From an uncultured delta proteobacterium (GTDB taxonomy: Bacteria > Myxococcota_A > Polyangia > Haliangiales > Haliangiaceae): a DNA stretch of 64,000 nucleotides. Positions within the stretch are counted from its first letter, which is position 1; each line of letters opens with the position of its first letter. The translations under genes were made by a program, and so were the position numbers. Location of the stretch: positions 256,001-320,000 of the forward strand of contig CAWKDB010000010.1 of NCBI GenBank assembly GCA_963848295.1, given 5' to 3'. Below, piece after piece: positions 62,581 through 64,000 of the stretch. The notes below the pieces were generated by a model that saw only the letters and a list, made by a program, of their open reading frames with translations, made no database searches and was not told the origin of the DNA.

Positions 62581-63789
62581 CAGTAGCCGTGCTTGCGCAG
62601 CGAGACGTTCGCGACCAGGCCCATCGCCAGGAAGAAGGTGACGAGCGAGCTGCCGCCGTACGAGATGAACGGCAGCGTCACGCCGACCACCGGCGCGATG
62701 CCGAGCACCATCGCGATGTTGACGACGACGTGCCAGAACGTCATCGCGGCGACGCCGATGCAGATCACCGAGCCGACGCGATCGCGCGCGTTGAGCGCGA
62801 CGTTGACCGTCCACAGCAAGAGGAAGCCGAAGATCGCGAGCAGGAACACCGAACCGATGAACCCCCACTCCTCGGCCCACACCGAGTACGGGAAATCGGT
62901 CCAGTGCTCGGGCACGAAGTTGAGCCGGTTCTGCGTGCCCTCGAGGAAGCCCTTGCCCCAGATCTCGCCCGGACCCGACGGCGTAGACCGATTGCTGGGT
63001 CTGCAAACACAAGTCGGACAGCGACTTGCTCGGCATCTGACTGCAATCGATGAAGCCGAGGATCCGATTCCGCTGATAGTCCTGCAGCTTCTCCCACAGG
63101 AACGGGATCGTGGCGAGCATCCCTGCGGTCAGGTAGACCATCGGCCACACGCTCGGCATCGCGAGGAATCCGACCGTCAGCACGATCAACGCGAGCAGCA
63201 CCGCGGTGCCCAGGTCGGGCTGAACAGCGACGAGCACGATGGGCAGCGCGAGCAGCGCGAGCCGGAACGCGAACGAGCGCGGCGACCAGATCCACCCCGC
63301 GTAGTGCGTCGGCTCGGAGGTGGAGTACAGCCGCGCGAGCACGAGGACGAACGTCAGCTTGACCAACTCCGACGGCTGGATCCCGAACCCGCCGATGTTG
63401 AGCCAGCGATACGTGAAGCCATGGCCGTTGGTGTCGACGTGATGCCCGACCACACGCGCCACGAGCAAGAGCAAGGTCGCGATGCCCAGCCCGATCCACG
63501 CGACGCGCACGAGCGAGCGATAGTCGACGATCGTCGCGATCATGAACGCGATCACGCCGACGACCATCCATTCGAGCTGGGTGTCGAACTTCGCCTGGTG
63601 GCGCGCGACCACCTGCGCGTTCAACCCGAGGTCGCTTCGGCCGCGCGTGGCCGAGTAGAGATTCACCAGGCCGATCGCGCACAGCGCGAGCATCGTCGCG
63701 ATCAACGGCCAATCGACCGCCGCGCGGAACCGCCGCCAGCGCGACACGCCGATCGTAGTACGCGGCAGCTCGAGCCCGAGGCCCTTCAC
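62580..63789 (-). CDS. rodA: Rod shape-determining SEDS protein RodA; +1 frameshift near 62969
   Basis: RWLNIGGFGIQPSELVK, QPDLGTA, YQRNRI, then GKGF..PEHWTDF..AEEWGF, LPFISYGGSSL. Confidence 0.92.
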
Positions 63790-64000
63790 GGCGTCGCTCC
63801 GGTCGCGATCGGGTGTGCGTCCGGGGGATGCCGCGTGTACCACGTCTCGATGATCTGCTTCGCGATCGGCCACGCGACGGCACCGCCGCCGCCGCCGTGC
63901 TCGACCATCACGACGATCACGAACTCGGGGTTCTCGGCTGGCGCCCAGCCCGCGAACCAGGCATGCGCCGCATTCGGATGCCAGCCGTCGACATCGCGCT
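63786..64000 (-). CDS. mrdA: Penicillin-binding protein 2, C-terminal part (runs off the window)
   Basis: HAWFAGWAPAENPEFVIVVMVEHGGGGGAVAWPIAKQII; directly upstream of rodA. Confidence 0.85.
   Translation of the reverse strand, partial: RDVDGWHPNAAHAWFAGWAPAENPEFVIVVMVEHGGGGGAVAWPIAKQIIETWYTRHPPDAHPIATGATP

Noticed and set aside
61843..63873. 676-aa RodA-GST fusion in the ORF track
   Set aside because: Produced by the extra G near 62969. The RodA C-terminus is intact in another frame and ends at a TGATG overlap with the GST start.

Overview
High-GC chromosomal window, probably from a Myxococcota (Haliangiales/Kofleriaceae-like) genome. The taxon is inferred from PEGA proteins, Cys-rich lipoproteins, a TIGR02266-type PilZ protein, FHA/Ser-Thr kinase signalling and a DnaK paralogue. 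Most of it is core genome: parAB, folD, a sigma-70 factor, psd, P-II, rimI-engB, coaE, argD/F/G, dnaK, the cpoB-LysM-dprA-topA-trmFO-xerC-hslVU run, ccsA-hemA-hemC, trxA and rodA/mrdA, interleaved with secreted lipoproteins. Mobile DNA consists of an intact IS1380 with a CTAG target duplication at the hslU stop, a decayed ISKra4-family element, and a REP-associated (RAYT/Y1 HUH) transposase. The RAYT gene sits next to a truncated four-helix-bundle gene enclosed by periodic inverted-repeat arms, and related periodic or REP-like repeats occur in other intergenic spaces; this is the best candidate for an undescribed system. Other points of interest: a 61-aa AT-hook protein divergent from parA, an orphan SctQ/FliN-like gene back-to-back with a PilZ gene, a CoaE-SDR fusion, a DnaK/J-domain module with a shared motif, a Lys/Ala-rich N-terminal tail on TopA, a widespread leaderless-promoter signature and apparent GCGATCGC (HIP1-like) enrichment. 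Four housekeeping genes carry single frameshifts that look like sequencing errors. All calls come from reading the sequence and recognising motifs; no database searches were run.
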